The notes under the pieces: model-generated
Seen by the model: only the letters and a program-made list of their open reading frames with translations
What the model was told of the DNA's origin: nothing
Databases searched by the model: none
Shown: piece after piece, positions 36,880 through 49,989 of the stretch
Numbering within the stretch: position 1 is the first letter of the stretch
Layout: each line of letters starts with the position of its first letter
Made by a program: the position numbers and the translations under genes
Assembly (NCBI RefSeq): GCF_001194135.2
Contig: NC_068985.1
Coordinates: forward strand, 117,604,037 to 117,665,086
Reading direction: 5' to 3'
Length of the DNA: 61,050 nt
Source: Octopus bimaculoides
Lineage: Eukaryota

Positions 36880-39268
36880 NNNNNNNNNNNNNNNNNNNNN
36901 NNNNNNNNNNNNNNNNNNNNNNNNNNNNNNNNNNNNNNNNNNNNNNNNNNNNNNNNNNNNNNNNNNNNNNNNNNNNNNNNNNNNNNNNNNNNNNNNNNNN
37001 NNNNNNNNNNNNNNNNNNNNNNNNNNNNNNNNNNNNNNNNNNNNNNNNNNNNNNNNNNNNNNNNNNNNNNNNNNNNNNNNNNNNNNNNNNNNNNNNNNNN
37101 NNNNNNNNNNNNNNNNNNNNNNNNNNNNNNNNNNNNNNNNNNNNNNNNNNNNNNNNNNNNNNNNNNNNNNNNNNNNNNNNNNNNNNNNNNNNNNNNNNNN
37201 NNNNNNNNNNNNNNNNNNNNNNNNNNNNNNNNNNNNNNNNNNNNNNNNNNNNNNNNNNNNNNNNNNNNNNNNNNNNNNNNNNNNNNNNNNNNNNNNNNNN
37301 NNNNNNNNNNNNNNNNNNNNNNNNNNNNNNNNNNNNNNNNNNNNNNNNNNNNNNNNNNNNNNNNNNNNNNNNNNNNNNNNNNNNNNNNNNNNNNNNNNNN
37401 NNNNNNNNNNNNNNNNNNNNNNNNNNNNNNNNNNNNNNNNNNNNNNNNNNNNNNNNNNNNNNNNNNNNNNNNNNNNNNNNNNNNNNNNNNNNNNNNNNNN
37501 NNNNNNNNNNNNNNNNNNNNNNNNNNNNNNNNNNNNNNNNNNNNNNNNNNNNNNNNNNNNNNNNNNNNNNNNNNNNNNNNNNNNNNNNNNNNNNNNNNNN
37601 NNNNNNNNNNNNNNNNNNNNNNNNNNNNNNNNNNNNNNNNNNNNNNNNNNNNNNNNNNNNNNNNNNNNNNNNNNNNNNNNNNNNNNNNNNNNNNNNNNNN
37701 NNNNNNNNNNNNNNNNNNNNNNNNNAGAGGGGGAGAGAGAGAGGGGGAGAGAGAGAGGGGGAGAGAGATCGTCTGAAATAGAAAGGAGAGATAAATAGAT
37801 AATCATAAATATTCACTTTTGGAAGCAACCAACAACACAAAATTTCACTTTCTGTATGAAAATGCATTTACATACAGAGATTTCACATAAAAACACCCAT
37901 ACACACAAACATGGACACATTTGCACAAACATACACACATGTATACAAACATACACACATTTACACAAACATACCATACGAAAAACACGCAGGATGAACG
38001 AGCGCCATATACTTCTCAACACACTTATATTTACACTTTACACACATAAACAGCGGTAGTGAAAAACATATGAACGCACAAGCAAACATACACAATTATC
38101 AGAACAGCTATTAAATACACATCAACAGTAACAGACGAACACACACAAACGCACGAACGCACACACACATACATATATACACGCACATATATATACATAC
38201 ACACAAATACATACATATATACACGCACACACATATACATATATACACACACACTTATGCATGCACAAATATTTACACATACATTACCATAAAAATTATT
38301 CATTAACTTAAGAATATAACAACACATTAGTATATAGATACATACATATATATTTATGTATGTATATATATGCATATATATATATGAGTGTGTGTGTATG
38401 TGTTTGTGCATGTGTTTGAGCATGCGTGTATATATCTATATATTTATATGTATATGTGTGTTTTTGTGACATGTGATATATATGCATGCATCCATCCATA
38501 CATACATTCATACATACATACATACATACATTCATATGTATGTATATTATATGTATTATACATAGGTATATCATGTAAATGAAATTTTGAATAAAATAGT
38601 GGGAAACCACATGATGCAATACATTTTTAAATTAACAATTATCCATCCACGAAACTATATTTCGCCAAGTCCTTATTAGAGTTCATATGTACTTTTATAG
38701 TTTCGCCTCAACATTCATTTAGCACACCTTCGTTCATCTTCTCTCCACTGTTTCACTTTTGTAACGCCAGAATCCTTTTAAACAGATGGTCAACCATTGT
38801 GTCTAGTATCCCTATGCTTATTCGAATTCTCTGCTCAATGGACGAAGGTAGGTTGTAATCTCGATTGTCCAGCGTTGTGTTATTTGAATCTGTAATTTTT
38901 ATTCTCTTCTTTTACTCCTTCTTCCCCCCACACTTTTTTGTCGTCTGACAAAATAGTGAATAGAAATAGTTTTTTTGAACATTGGAGTATTATAAAGAAA
39001 GGCAATGCAATTGAGAGTTTGAATAGAAGAGTAGAATGCTGTCGTATGCAACACTTTTAGAAGTTTTTTTGCAAACACAATATCCATCTATGAAGATTTC
39101 GGCGAAAAACTTACTTAACAAGAACTCTTGTGACTATTAAAGTTTCGCTCAAAACTTTGCTTTATCATTCAAGTAGTAAATATCTATGCATCCTTCAACA
39201 TTCCTTCAAGAACGAGAACTGCAACTACTTCAACAGTTGTTAATGTTGCTGTCGTTCACGCCATAATA

Positions 39269-40540
39269 TTGGGTTAGCAACTAAGTTCCCGCCGTTTTTT
39301 AAAGTTTAATTTTTTTTTAAGGTTTAATAAAAAATAACAATTAATTAATCAATAATGTATTCACCCTTGTTGTTTACAACTTCTTCCCAACGTTCAACAA
39401 GATTTTCAATACCTCGTTGGTAGAAATCACCCGATTTCAACTCGAAAACTTGATCCAACCAAGCTCTCAGTTCTGCATCAGTATTGAACGATACTCCGCG
39501 CATAGCATTTGAAAGAGATCGAAAGAGGTGGAAATGCATTGGTGCCAAATCAGGAGAGTATGGTGAGTGTGGGAGCACTTCCCAGCCATGCGTTTGAATG
39601 GCTTTCTTGGTCATATTGGCGATATGAGGGCAGGCGCTGTCGTTCAGCAGAAGAATTCCATGCTGACGATTAGGTCTTTTCTCTTGAATAGCCGTGTTGA
39701 GTCGTTCTATCTGTTGAACATAGTGTTCCGCGTTGACCGGTTGGTTCCGTTCAAGCAATTCGTAGTGGATAATCCCTTCCCAGTCCCACCATACGCACAA
39801 CATCGCTTCACGCGGATGAAGATTTTGTTTCACGCGCGGTGTCACTTGTTTACCGGGGCTAGGCCCTTCCTTACGCTGCTTCATATTGATGTACAGGCAC
39901 CATTTTTCNNNNNNNNNNNNNNNNNNNNNNNNNNNNNNNNNNNNNNNNNNNNNNNNNNNNNNNNNNNNNNNNNNNNNNNNNNNNNNNNNNNNNNNNNNNN
40001 NNNNNNNNNNNNNNNNNNNNNNNNNNNNNNNNNNNNNNNNNNNNNNNNNNNNNNNNNNNNNNNNNNNNNNNNNNNNNNNNNNNNNNNNNNNNNNNNNNNN
40101 NNNNNNNNNNNNNNNNNNNNNNNNNNNNNNNNNNNNNNNNNNNNNNNNNNNNNNNNNNNNNNNNNNNNNNNNNNNNNNNNNNNNNNNNNNNNNNNNNNNN
40201 NNNNNNNNNNNNNNNNNNNNNNNNNNNNNNNNNNNNNNNNNNNNNNNNNNNNNGAACTCAACTCGACGGCCAGAACGAGGTGCGTCTTTGAGGTCAAAAT
40301 TTCCATTTTTGAACTCGACATACCAATAACGAGCGGTTCTTTCAGCTATGGACCCTCTCCATACACAGCACAAATGTTACAAGCAGCTTTTGCGGCTTTA
40401 AATCCTTGATTAAAAGCAAAAAGAAGGAAGTGTCGAAAATGCTCGTTTTTCTTAACTTGACGTTCCATTTTAATGATCTGAAAATAAACAAAAATTAACT
40501 AAAATTAACTAGAAATAGTTTCTAAAATGATTCAAAAATA
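39269..40540 (-). mobile_element. Mariner (DD34D) transposon with a largely preserved but non-functional transposase
   Basis: ATG at 40468 MERQVKKNEHFRHFLLFAFNQG, frameshift near 40380, then RTARYWYVEFKNGNFDLKDAPRSGR, [gap], EKWCLY, LHPREAMLCVWWDWEGIIHYELL, NDSACPH, HSPYSPDLAPMHFHLF (catalytic D of SDY replaced by H), stop at 39345. TA plus ttgggttagcaactaagtt TIR at 39267; the 5' TIR was not found. Confidence 0.95.
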
Positions 40541-40879
40541 GAATAGTCGGATTGTCTCAAAAGCCATATCTCATTATATACTCAATAAGTATTCGCCTAC
40601 ATCAGGCCTTTTTCGAACATCAACTACAAAATTCATACAAAAATAGAATCTCAAATTGAAAACTGTGCAGCCAACACCTAATCCTACAACCCTTCTTGCA
40701 ATCAAAAGAGTAACGAGTAAATTCTCCCAAACCCCAAAACTACAAAACCACATCTAAAACAGTTGCAATATGAAGGAATCACTATACCCACCATCCTCAA
40801 TGACACTACAAAATTCTCCTTATCTGGAAACTGAGCAAAACCCTTACAATTTACTAGACCAACGCGACTCCTTATCAAG

Positions 40880-40979
40880 TAACATCAAACAGACCACTCA
40901 CAACGCCCGGTCTGGGAATCGAAACCGCGATCCTATGACCGCGAGTCCGCTGCCCTAACCACTGGGCCACTGCGCCTCC
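40880..40979 (-). mobile_element. SINE family C head
   Basis: Reverse complement is nearly identical to 18441-18530. Confidence 0.9.
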
Positions 40980-41494
40980 ACTACTTAAAGCTAACCAGCA
41001 GGTTATCGCCTAATACCCAGCATACCCTCTACTAACCAAAACTACGAATGCGGAGTGTTTTCATTTTCGTAATCGCACTTAATACAGCGAGCGACCTAAT
41101 AAAATATCCACAGTTTGTTTACAATTTGAAGAGTGCCGAAGTTTTACATTCACTGGGGAAAAAAAACTATCAGCATATTAGTGCTATAGTGACAAACACA
41201 TGTGCAACACAAGCGCCATTTTCTAAATGTCTGAATTGCTTAAAATAGCGTAACACAGTTTTAAGAAACATTGCAGTATTTTGGGCAGCGTATACTTCTA
41301 CCAAATGAATTCACATACACATATATATGCACATGCACAAATATATATTACTGTATGACCGTCGGTTCATCATAGTTCCACGCTTCTTCATGAGATCTTT
41401 ATATGCACACTGCCTCGTTTTATCTACCAAGACAAACTTGCTGAATTTATTGGCTTTATTGTCACGACCTGGTTTTTGTAAGTTGTATCAGCTT

Positions 41495-41531
<37 letters not shown>

Positions 41532-41992
41532 NNNNNNNNNNNNNNNNNNNNNNNNNNNNNNNNNNNNNNNNNNNNNNNNNNNNNNNNNNNNNNNNNNNNN
41601 NNNNNNNNNNNNNNNNNNNNNNNNNNNNNNNNNNNNNNNNNNNNNNNNNNNNNNNNNNNNNNNNNNNNNNNNNNNNNNNNNNNNNNNNNNNNNNNNNNNN
41701 NNNNNNNNNNNNNNNNNNNNNNNNNNNNNNNNNNNNNNNNNNNNNNNNNNNNNNNNNNNNNNNNNNNNNNNNNNNNNNNNNNNNNNNNNNNNNNNNNNNN
41801 NNNNNNNNNNNNNNNNNNNNNNNNNNNNNNNNNNNNNNNNNNNNNNNNNNNNNNNNNNNNNNNNNNNNNNNNNNNNNNNNNNNNNNNNNNNNNNNNNNNN
41901 NNNNNNNNNNNNNNNNNNNNNNNNNNNNNNNNNNNNNNNNNNNNNNNNNNNNNNNNNNNNNNNNNNNNNNNNNNNTATATATACGTATGTAT

Positions 41993-42158
41993 AGGCTAAG
42001 ACGTGGCTGTGTGGTACGAAGCATGCTTCTCACCCACATATTTCCGGGTTCGGTCCCACTGTGTGACACCTTGGGTAAGTGTCTTAAGCATGAAGCCGAT
42101 CAAAACCTCATGAGCGAATATGGTAGACAAAAACTGAAAGATGTCGGTCACATGTTTA

Positions 42159-42202
<44 letters not shown>

Positions 42203-42430
42203 TGTGTGTGTGTATCTTGTGTCTGTGTTTGTCTCCACCACCGCTTGATAACCGGTTCTGATGTGTTTACGTCCCCTAAACTAGCAGTTGGGCAAAAGAC
42301 AACGATAGAATAAGTACCAGACTTAAAATGAAAATAAGTTCTGGTGTCGATTAATTTGACTAAAATTCCTTGAGGCGCTGCACCAGCATGGCCGCAGTCA
42401 AATGACCGAAACAAACAAAAAAAGATAAAG
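41993..42430 (+). mobile_element. SINE family A, full length with internal (TG)n
   Basis: Head, gtgacaccttgggtaagtg core, TG tract, right half ending ccagcatggccgcagtcaaatgaccgaaac. Confidence 0.85.
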
Positions 42431-43491
42431 AAAAAAAGGAACAAAGTGAAGAGTTGAATCTGAATATACAAGGTTTTTAGATGGAGATATAATTGGTAAC
42501 ATCTTTGATGAAAACATTGACTTTTTTTAGAATCCTCACCAAATAATCAAATGGAAGAGAATTTAAAGTCATATTTTCGTAAATAGGAGTTTGAATTCAT
42601 TTCATTCTTCGCAGATGCTGAAATTGTTCAATTGTTAAAGCAATCCTTGGAGCCAAATTATATCCAAGAATCAACAGGAAAACTGTTAACTGTGAACTGT
42701 GTTGCAAACTGTAGAAATTTAACTGAAAAAATGGCATTTCTTTTTTAAACATACGACCTTTTGTATTCAATATAAAATCTTTTCAGAAATTGTATTAACT
42801 TCCGTCTTTTCATGGACCTCTCCTTCCTCAGCTTTGACAGGGCTTTTTACAAAATTTCACAAGAAATGATTTTAGACATAAAGGTTTTGGCAAAAATTCC
42901 TGGCAACATTGTGCTATCCCGAAATAATAATTTTTGCTTTGGGTATTATATGGAAATTCGCGGAAATATATTATCGATTATATATGTATATATATATATA
43001 TNNNNNNNNNNNNNNNNNNNNNNNNNNNNNNNNNNNNNNNNNNNNNNNNNNNNNNNNNNNNNNNNNNNNNNNNNNNNNNNNNNNNNNNNNNNNNNNNNNN
43101 NNNNNNNNNNNNNNNNNNNNNNNNNNNNNNNNNNNNNNNNNNNNNNNNNNNNNNNNNNNNNNNNNNNNNNNNNNNNNNNNNNNNNNNNNNNNNNNNNNNN
43201 NNNNNNNNNNNNNNNNNNNNNNNNNNNNNNNNNNNNNNNNNNNNNNNNNNNNNNNNNNNNNNNNNNNNNNNNNNNNNNNNNNNNNNNNNNNNNNNNNNNN
43301 NNNNNNNNNNNNNNNNNNNNNNNNNNNNNNNNNNNNNNNNNNNNNNNNNNNNNNNNNGTGTGTGTGTGTGTGTGTCCATACAAGAAACTCTCAGACCTTG
43401 AGTCACTCTTTAAATTCTGCCAATTTTTGATAATAAATATACACATATTCTCATGTTTTGAGCTCTATTTTTTTTTTTGTTTGCATGACCA

Positions 43492-43526
<35 letters not shown>

Positions 43527-43974
43527 GTGTATATAAAAATGCCGACAGAGACACTAAGGTCATATTTGTTCATCTTCTAGCCAGTAAGCTAAAAATAAAA
43601 GACATTAACACAACCTAGCATGCATTTCCAAGTGTATAATCGATGCTATGTCAATTTTGACGATTAGTATTTTCATTTCGTATAACAAAGCTAAACTCTT
43701 CATTACATTATAATGAGGTTGTATAACGCAACACATACTTTAAGGATTAAAGGATTTTGCCGAAAGAACTGTTTTAAGTTGTCGAGTACTGTTTTGACGG
43801 TATCTTCTCCGATCAATTTCATTAGAAAGGCGTTGGATAGCCGAACGATAAAAAGTACGTAATGTTTCTCGATTGGATGCATAGCTTGGGGGTTCACAAA
43901 GCTTATCCACATCAACGATCCGTTACTTCTACGCATTGAGAGATTGCAATTCCGATACTACTGACATGTAGAAC

Positions 43975-44135
43975 TATCTCGAGACTTGCCATCTTCCACA
44001 CATCGTTCCGTGTCAGTGATCTTTGCAATGACTTGTCCCAATTTGTCCACTGCCCTTCTTCAGACTACTATATTCCTTTTTTGTCCCACTTTTTCTCCTC
44101 CTTTTACCTTAGTTCCTTAAATACTAAGTTTCGAG
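43975..44135 (-). mobile_element. Dispersed repeat, probably an RTE-like LINE 3' fragment (second copy at 46575-46730)
   Basis: The two copies share tcttcca(c/t)acatcgttcc...ctttgcaatgact...tttgtc...tttttgtccc...tttacct(t/c)agttcct. The RTE assignment is tentative. Confidence 0.5.
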
Positions 44136-44282
44136 CTAATCGACAGGAGACCTAGGGGTAGAGCAAGAATGAGATAATGAGAAAATATTCATAGTTTCAT
44201 TTGATCACGCTTGGGAATTCAACCGGGAAGTGCGTTGACGGGGGACTTCTGATAGGACCCGTATATGTGCCATAAGAGACAC

Positions 44283-44358
44283 GAAGGTCATATGTAGTTA
44301 GGTAAGAGTTAGAAGGTCATATGTAGTTAGGTAAGAGTTAGAAGGTCATAGCTAGTTA
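44283..44358. repeat. 29-bp tandem repeat, 2 perfect copies plus a partial copy
   Basis: gaaggtcatatgtagttaggtaagagtta at 44283 and 44312; partial from 44341. Confidence 0.97.
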
Positions 44359-44401
44359 GATAAAAATAAAACTCATTGATACAAGCTAGCATATACATTT
44401 A

Positions 44402-44489
<88 letters not shown>

Positions 44490-44519
44490 TGGATTCTCTT
44501 GACGTGAACGACAAATGAG

Positions 44520-44900
44520 GGTTCACTGAAATAAAACGGTGATCGTGTTCTATGGACACGAATGTGTCTCTTGAGGCCTACTGCTGCCTTGCAAACCTTT
44601 TCGCAAATGGAACATGCTGAGGATTCAGTTTGCTCGAGTGATTGTGGATCATTTACTATGTTTTTTAAGTGTACAGCAAGGCCTGCTTTGCTTCGAGCCA
44701 CAAGACCATAATGTCAGGTAATGTTTTCATTTAAAGGAGCAACGTGTTTCCAACGTGACTTCATGCTTGCACAATGTTGAACCAGATGCTGGAGTCGCCT
44801 TTGCACAAATCTCTTTGAACTGAGGAGAAGTAGGACTGCTGTCATGTCCTGCGTTTTGATGTTTTGTTTCTTCAGGAAGAAAACAAAATGCTGCATCGCT
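44520..44900 (-). mobile_element. RTE-clade LINE C-terminal fragment with a C2H2-spaced zinc finger
   Basis: LKKQNIKTQDM...(frameshifted)...RSKAGLAVHL...CSICEKVCKAAVGLKRHIRVH (C-x2-C-x12-H-x3-H, 44552-44614). Confidence 0.6.
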
Positions 44901-45229
44901 TCAGATTGTCTTTTATATAAATTTAAGAGGGCAGCGAGCTGGCAGAATCATTAGCATGCCGGGGGCAAATGTGTAGAACTCAAATTCACGAAATTCATTA
45001 GAAAATTCCAGAAAAATGTTATGAGAGGTTACATGGGATGCTAAAACCAGAATTCCGCCAACTTTGACATAGAATGTCACTTCTTATTTCGTGTTATTAA
45101 AGGCTGAAAATGGCTATTGCATTTATAACATTTGTTACTGTGAGGTATTGAACTTTACAATTGTAATCAGGTATCTTTACTTTACAAAGGTTTTTTTCTC
45201 TCTTATTCAAATGGTGGTGGTGGTGGTGA

Positions 45230-45291
<62 letters not shown>

Positions 45292-45383
45292 CATATAAAT
45301 TACTTTTACTCATATATGTACTATAATATATATGTGCATATATCGATATATTAGTCAGAGACGGACCGACAGACAGACAGACA

Positions 45384-45558
<175 letters not shown>

Positions 45559-45699
45559 GGACAGAAGTGGAAACTCGCTACAGGGCGAGTGGACAGCAGA
45601 AAGCCTGTCAAAGAAATGTTTCGGTTCCTTCGTTCCTGACACTCTAAAGAAGCTGGGAGACCTAGATAGTGACTCTTAGATGTCCCCCTACAGTTATTT

Positions 45700-46540
45700 A
45701 AAGACCACCTGTAGCGGGAATTGAACACTGAAACTTTGGGTGACGTTATCGCTTGGCCACAATGACCACCACAAGAACTTCTATGTTTCAAACTGGGTTT
45801 CTTTTCTTCTAGTTTAGTGGCTTACTGTAATCCTTTTCAGTTCCATCTATCATTTCGTTTTGCCCGTAACCACATTGAGCTCTGACAGGTGTTTCATCGT
45901 CACCATTCTTTTGCGATCTGAGCTGACCTAGTAGTTGACAAATGGATGCTGCGACAGACCCTCGTGCTCCAAGTACAATCGCTTTTACTGCAGAACGGTA
46001 CTGCTCTTGAGCTTGTTCTTTCACAAGGTCATCGTATTTTCTCGACCAGAATCAGTGTTGTTCATCTACAAGGCCAAAATCAGGGGCTATCAGCTCAACA
46101 AAGATTATTCTGGCACTTAAATTCGATCATAGGACAATATCTGGTCTAAATTCCTTTTCTTAGTGATGAAATTTGAATAGTTTTCACGCCAGTCTGGGAG
46201 ATTTGCATATATTTCCCATACCACTATCAAGTCCAAGTGGATTTCGTCCGAGCACGACTTAATAATTGAGCATCCCTTTAAAACCAAATTACCTATTCTC
46301 TTTTTCTTTCATTTCAAACATCGGAGTTAAATTCTATGCTTCAGATTTCAGTTGGCCTCTCATTGAACGAATTAGCTCTTCTAGCATTTCGTCGTGTCTC
46401 CACACGTATCTGTTATTGTCAATGGTTACCTTGCACGAACTAAACATACGCTCCATTGTTTGTGGTTTACGTTTCACAGAGGACAACTTAGATCTTTCTC
46501 TTTGCCCACTTCACAAGACTAGTCTTTGATGGAAGAAAGT
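45700..46540 (+). mobile_element. Highly decayed CR1-like LINE RT/C-terminal remnant
   Basis: FSRPESVLFIYKAKIR resembles the YF.PE.LL.LYKAQIR motif; flanking weak matches are GDVIAW and LAFRR. Confidence 0.4.
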
Positions 46541-46574
46541 CATATATTGTTCGTTTCATGAAACTCACCCTAAG

Positions 46575-46730
46575 TAATACCGTCTTCCATACATCGTTCC
46601 ATGCAAGCGACCTTTGCAATGACTCGTTCCAGTTTGTCTACTGTTCTAGTTGAGATTGATGTATTGCATTTTTGTCCCTTATTTTATCCTCTCTTTACCT
46701 CAGTTCCTGAACTACCAAATTTCATTGGTT
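46575..46730 (-). mobile_element. Second copy of the 43975-44135 dispersed repeat
   Basis: Direct similarity, roughly 70-75% by eye. Confidence 0.5.
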
Positions 46731-46849
46731 TCTACCCGTAGCCTTTGACTATCATTGCATTTTTCTTGTGCATAGTCCTAGTCTCCCTGTCTGGATAAAT
46801 TGTATGACTTTTTTCAAAGATTTTCTTTAGAAGCCAATGTGACGTCTAA

Positions 46850-47850
46850 GACCTTCAGTTTCCTGCCAGTTTTTTTATGGAAGGGACGGGTTGCGCCTGT
46901 CATACAGTTTATTTTCTGTTGGCAGCCACTGCCAAAAGGGTTGGGCATACCATGGCTAATGATGAGCAGACATGTTCTGAAGCTGTCACACCGCCAGTGT
47001 TTTTTGTTTATTTTTTGGTGGTGAGCAGATGTGATCGCCGATTGTCAGATGAGAGCCTCTGTAGCTCACCTGCAGTCCTGGATCAAGTGTAGACCGAGGC
47101 TGGGCACATACTACCTGGAGTGTCAGCAAGCGATCAGTCCTCTGCCAGTCGGGCAATGCAGTCGATTGAAATTCCAACTTGGGATTTTGTAGAAGTTGAG
47201 TGGCGTAGAAGAGCGATAAGTCCTCAGTGAATTTCTTAGCGTCCGGAGAGATGAATGAGCTGGGTTTGGTCGGATGACGTTTGGGCTAGGGCCTATGGAT
47301 AACTTCCAGAAATCCCTGGCCTGTCAGTACAAACGGGAAGCTCTGTCTGTTCGAGATATGCTTGACAGGCATGGAAGTGCTGTCAAGTGACCCTGTCAAA
47401 GATGCACTCAGGGCGATGAAACCGTTCTGCATGCACTCGTCCAGTGTCCGGGCATTGCTGACTTACGGAACCGGTTATCGGCTGAGTCTATCGCAAAGAT
47501 CACCCCACTGACTTCTTTCGGACGGGAAAGGCAGCCGGTTTTCCTCTGTCTAGTGGCTATGGCAAGAAGTAGTGTGGTGGTCAAGGAAAAAAAGACTGAA
47601 TAGGTCGAAGGAAATGGCAAAGAGAGGGGTACCCACCTTAAGTGCCCTTGGCGCTCGATGTGTCCAGGACAAGTGGGATTTCTTGGTTTCCTTTGGGTGG
47701 GGTTTCCCCAATTTTGGGGGATTTTATTGTTTGAATTTTACATTGTTATTGTTGCTTACTGTTTACACGGACTACATGTAAAACCCCATTGTCCTTTGTG
47801 TTGTATCGTCCTTAGTTTTATGTGCGGTCCTTGTGGCCAATAAAGAAAGA

Positions 47851-47852
<2 letters not shown>
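46850..47852 (+). mobile_element. 5'-truncated L1/Tx1-type LINE (ORF2 C-terminus, 3' UTR, AATAAA, microsatellite tail)
   Basis: FLWKGRV...QPLPKGLGIPWLMMSRHVLKL, HLQSWIKCRPRLG, FQKSLACQYKREALSVRDMLDRHG, CQRCTQGDETVLHALVQCP (CCHC motif of L1/Tx1). AATAAA near 47839, then (TTA)n. Confidence 0.8.
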
Positions 47853-47909
<57 letters not shown>

Positions 47910-47921
47910 TATTATTATTAG

Positions 47922-48003
<82 letters not shown>

Positions 48004-48332
48004 TGTAGTAGTAGTATTGTTATTTCAATGTTTTAAAAAATTTATTGTTAATCTTGTTTTTATTCTCCTCTTTGTTGTTGCTCTTATGTTATTCGTGTGC
48101 TTGACGCAGCAGTATTGTTTATGTGGGTTTTTTTTATCTAATATTATTTTTACAATATTATAAATTCTATTTTACCATTGAAAGAAAAAACAATAACCCA
48201 CAAAAATGAAATTACAATTCATATTTTGTTATTTCATAATTGTTTATTTTTTTACCCCTAAAAACACTAGTGATAGCTTTAGCGAGACAATAAAAATAAA
48301 ATTAAATTTTTTGAAAAACACGGAAAACAATA

Positions 48333-48412
<80 letters not shown>

Positions 48413-48644
48413 TCTTTTATTGGCCAATAACAACAATAACAACAACAATAATTTTGAAAAGAAAGAAAGATGTGAAAAATAATACAATTAGTATTCTATT
48501 TTAATTCAATCTAATTTAATTTAATATAATTTAATTAAATATTGCCTTGTTATTCCTATTTTATCTTGTGTCAGTAAGGCATTAAAAAAATTATTAGTTT
48601 TATAGTTGTTATCCTTACTGCTGTAGTTGTTGTTGTTGCTATCC

Positions 48645-48729
<85 letters not shown>

Positions 48730-48788
48730 CAATAGTAATAACAATAACAATAAAAATAAAAGTAATAATAATAACAACAACAACAGTG

Positions 48789-48847
<59 letters not shown>

Positions 48848-49193
48848 GGTCTTAAAATGCAATTTTATTATGGCTGTTGCTGTTACTGTTATTAATAAAA
48901 ACAACAAGAAGAAGAATAACAAGGACGACAACAACAGCAGCAGCAGCAACAACAACAACAACAACAACGTTCCTTCGGCAAATACGCTTCCATGTCAGCC
49001 TTTGGATAACATTTTTTGAAAGGAATTTTAAAAGGAGAATAAAACGATGAATTCTATTTGTCGTTCAGTTGACGCCATTTTAGGTGGGAAAACAACGCAA
49101 TACTCAACCAGTGACTCATACCTTTGAGTAAAGTTAAACTTTGTATATATTTTTTTTCTTTTATTTCGGGTGATCTTCTTGCTACTGTTGCTC

Positions 49194-49248
<55 letters not shown>

Positions 49249-49442
49249 AACTACTACTACTACTACTACTACTACTACAACTACTACTACCGCTGTTAGT
49301 ATTTGCGTATTATAGTTTGGTATACTTCATCTTTGTAATCTGCACTTATACATTTTTTTTTGCCCTTTTTTTCTTTTTTATTCTTCAACTGTTGCTTCTT
49401 TTTTTTTCCTCATTATCATCATCATCGTTATANNNNNNNNNN

Positions 49443-49500
<58 letters not shown>
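47853..49500. repeat. Dense mosaic of (TTA)n, (AAT)n, (AAC)n and (CTA)n trinucleotide tracts in both orientations
   Basis: Directly visible. Confidence 0.95.
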
Positions 49501-49501
<1 letters not shown>

Positions 49502-49938
49502 CACTAATACTGCTGCAGCTCTTCACTGATGATGACGATGATGATAATGTTATTGATAATGATGGACATACGTTTTCGCGAATAATCGGTCAATTTGATT
49601 GGCTAATGTAGAACACAGTACGCCAGAGGACAAAAAATAGCAGCGCCTGTAATTAAAGAAAAAGCAAGTTAACCGATGTTCTCCTCTAGAGAACGGAAAT
49701 TGATTCCTTGATTGAGTTCTGGCAGGAGAAAAATATACAAAATTTCTGGAGAATGGTTTAACCAGGCTTTCGCGAATTTGTATTAATTTAAAAAATAAAT
49801 AAAAATCTTGATAATGGCACTTAACAACCTAGATTAGTTAATAAGGCTTTAAATAGAACATTGCTGAAATGCGTGTGGTGTGTATGTATGCAGACATATG
49901 TGTATAAGTGCGTTTATGCGGGTGCATATATCTGGCTA

Positions 49939-49989
<51 letters not shown>

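Noticed and set aside
40560-40875. Possible Penelope RT N-terminal remnant (TILNDTTKF)
   Set aside because: Only one short motif supports it; too weak to call.
43703-43936. 77-aa non-repetitive minus-strand ORF
   Set aside because: The length is within chance expectation, with no recognisable motif or clear splice signals.
44283-44358. CRISPR-like 29-bp repeats
   Set aside because: The repeats are contiguous with no spacers, there are no cas genes, and the context is eukaryotic.
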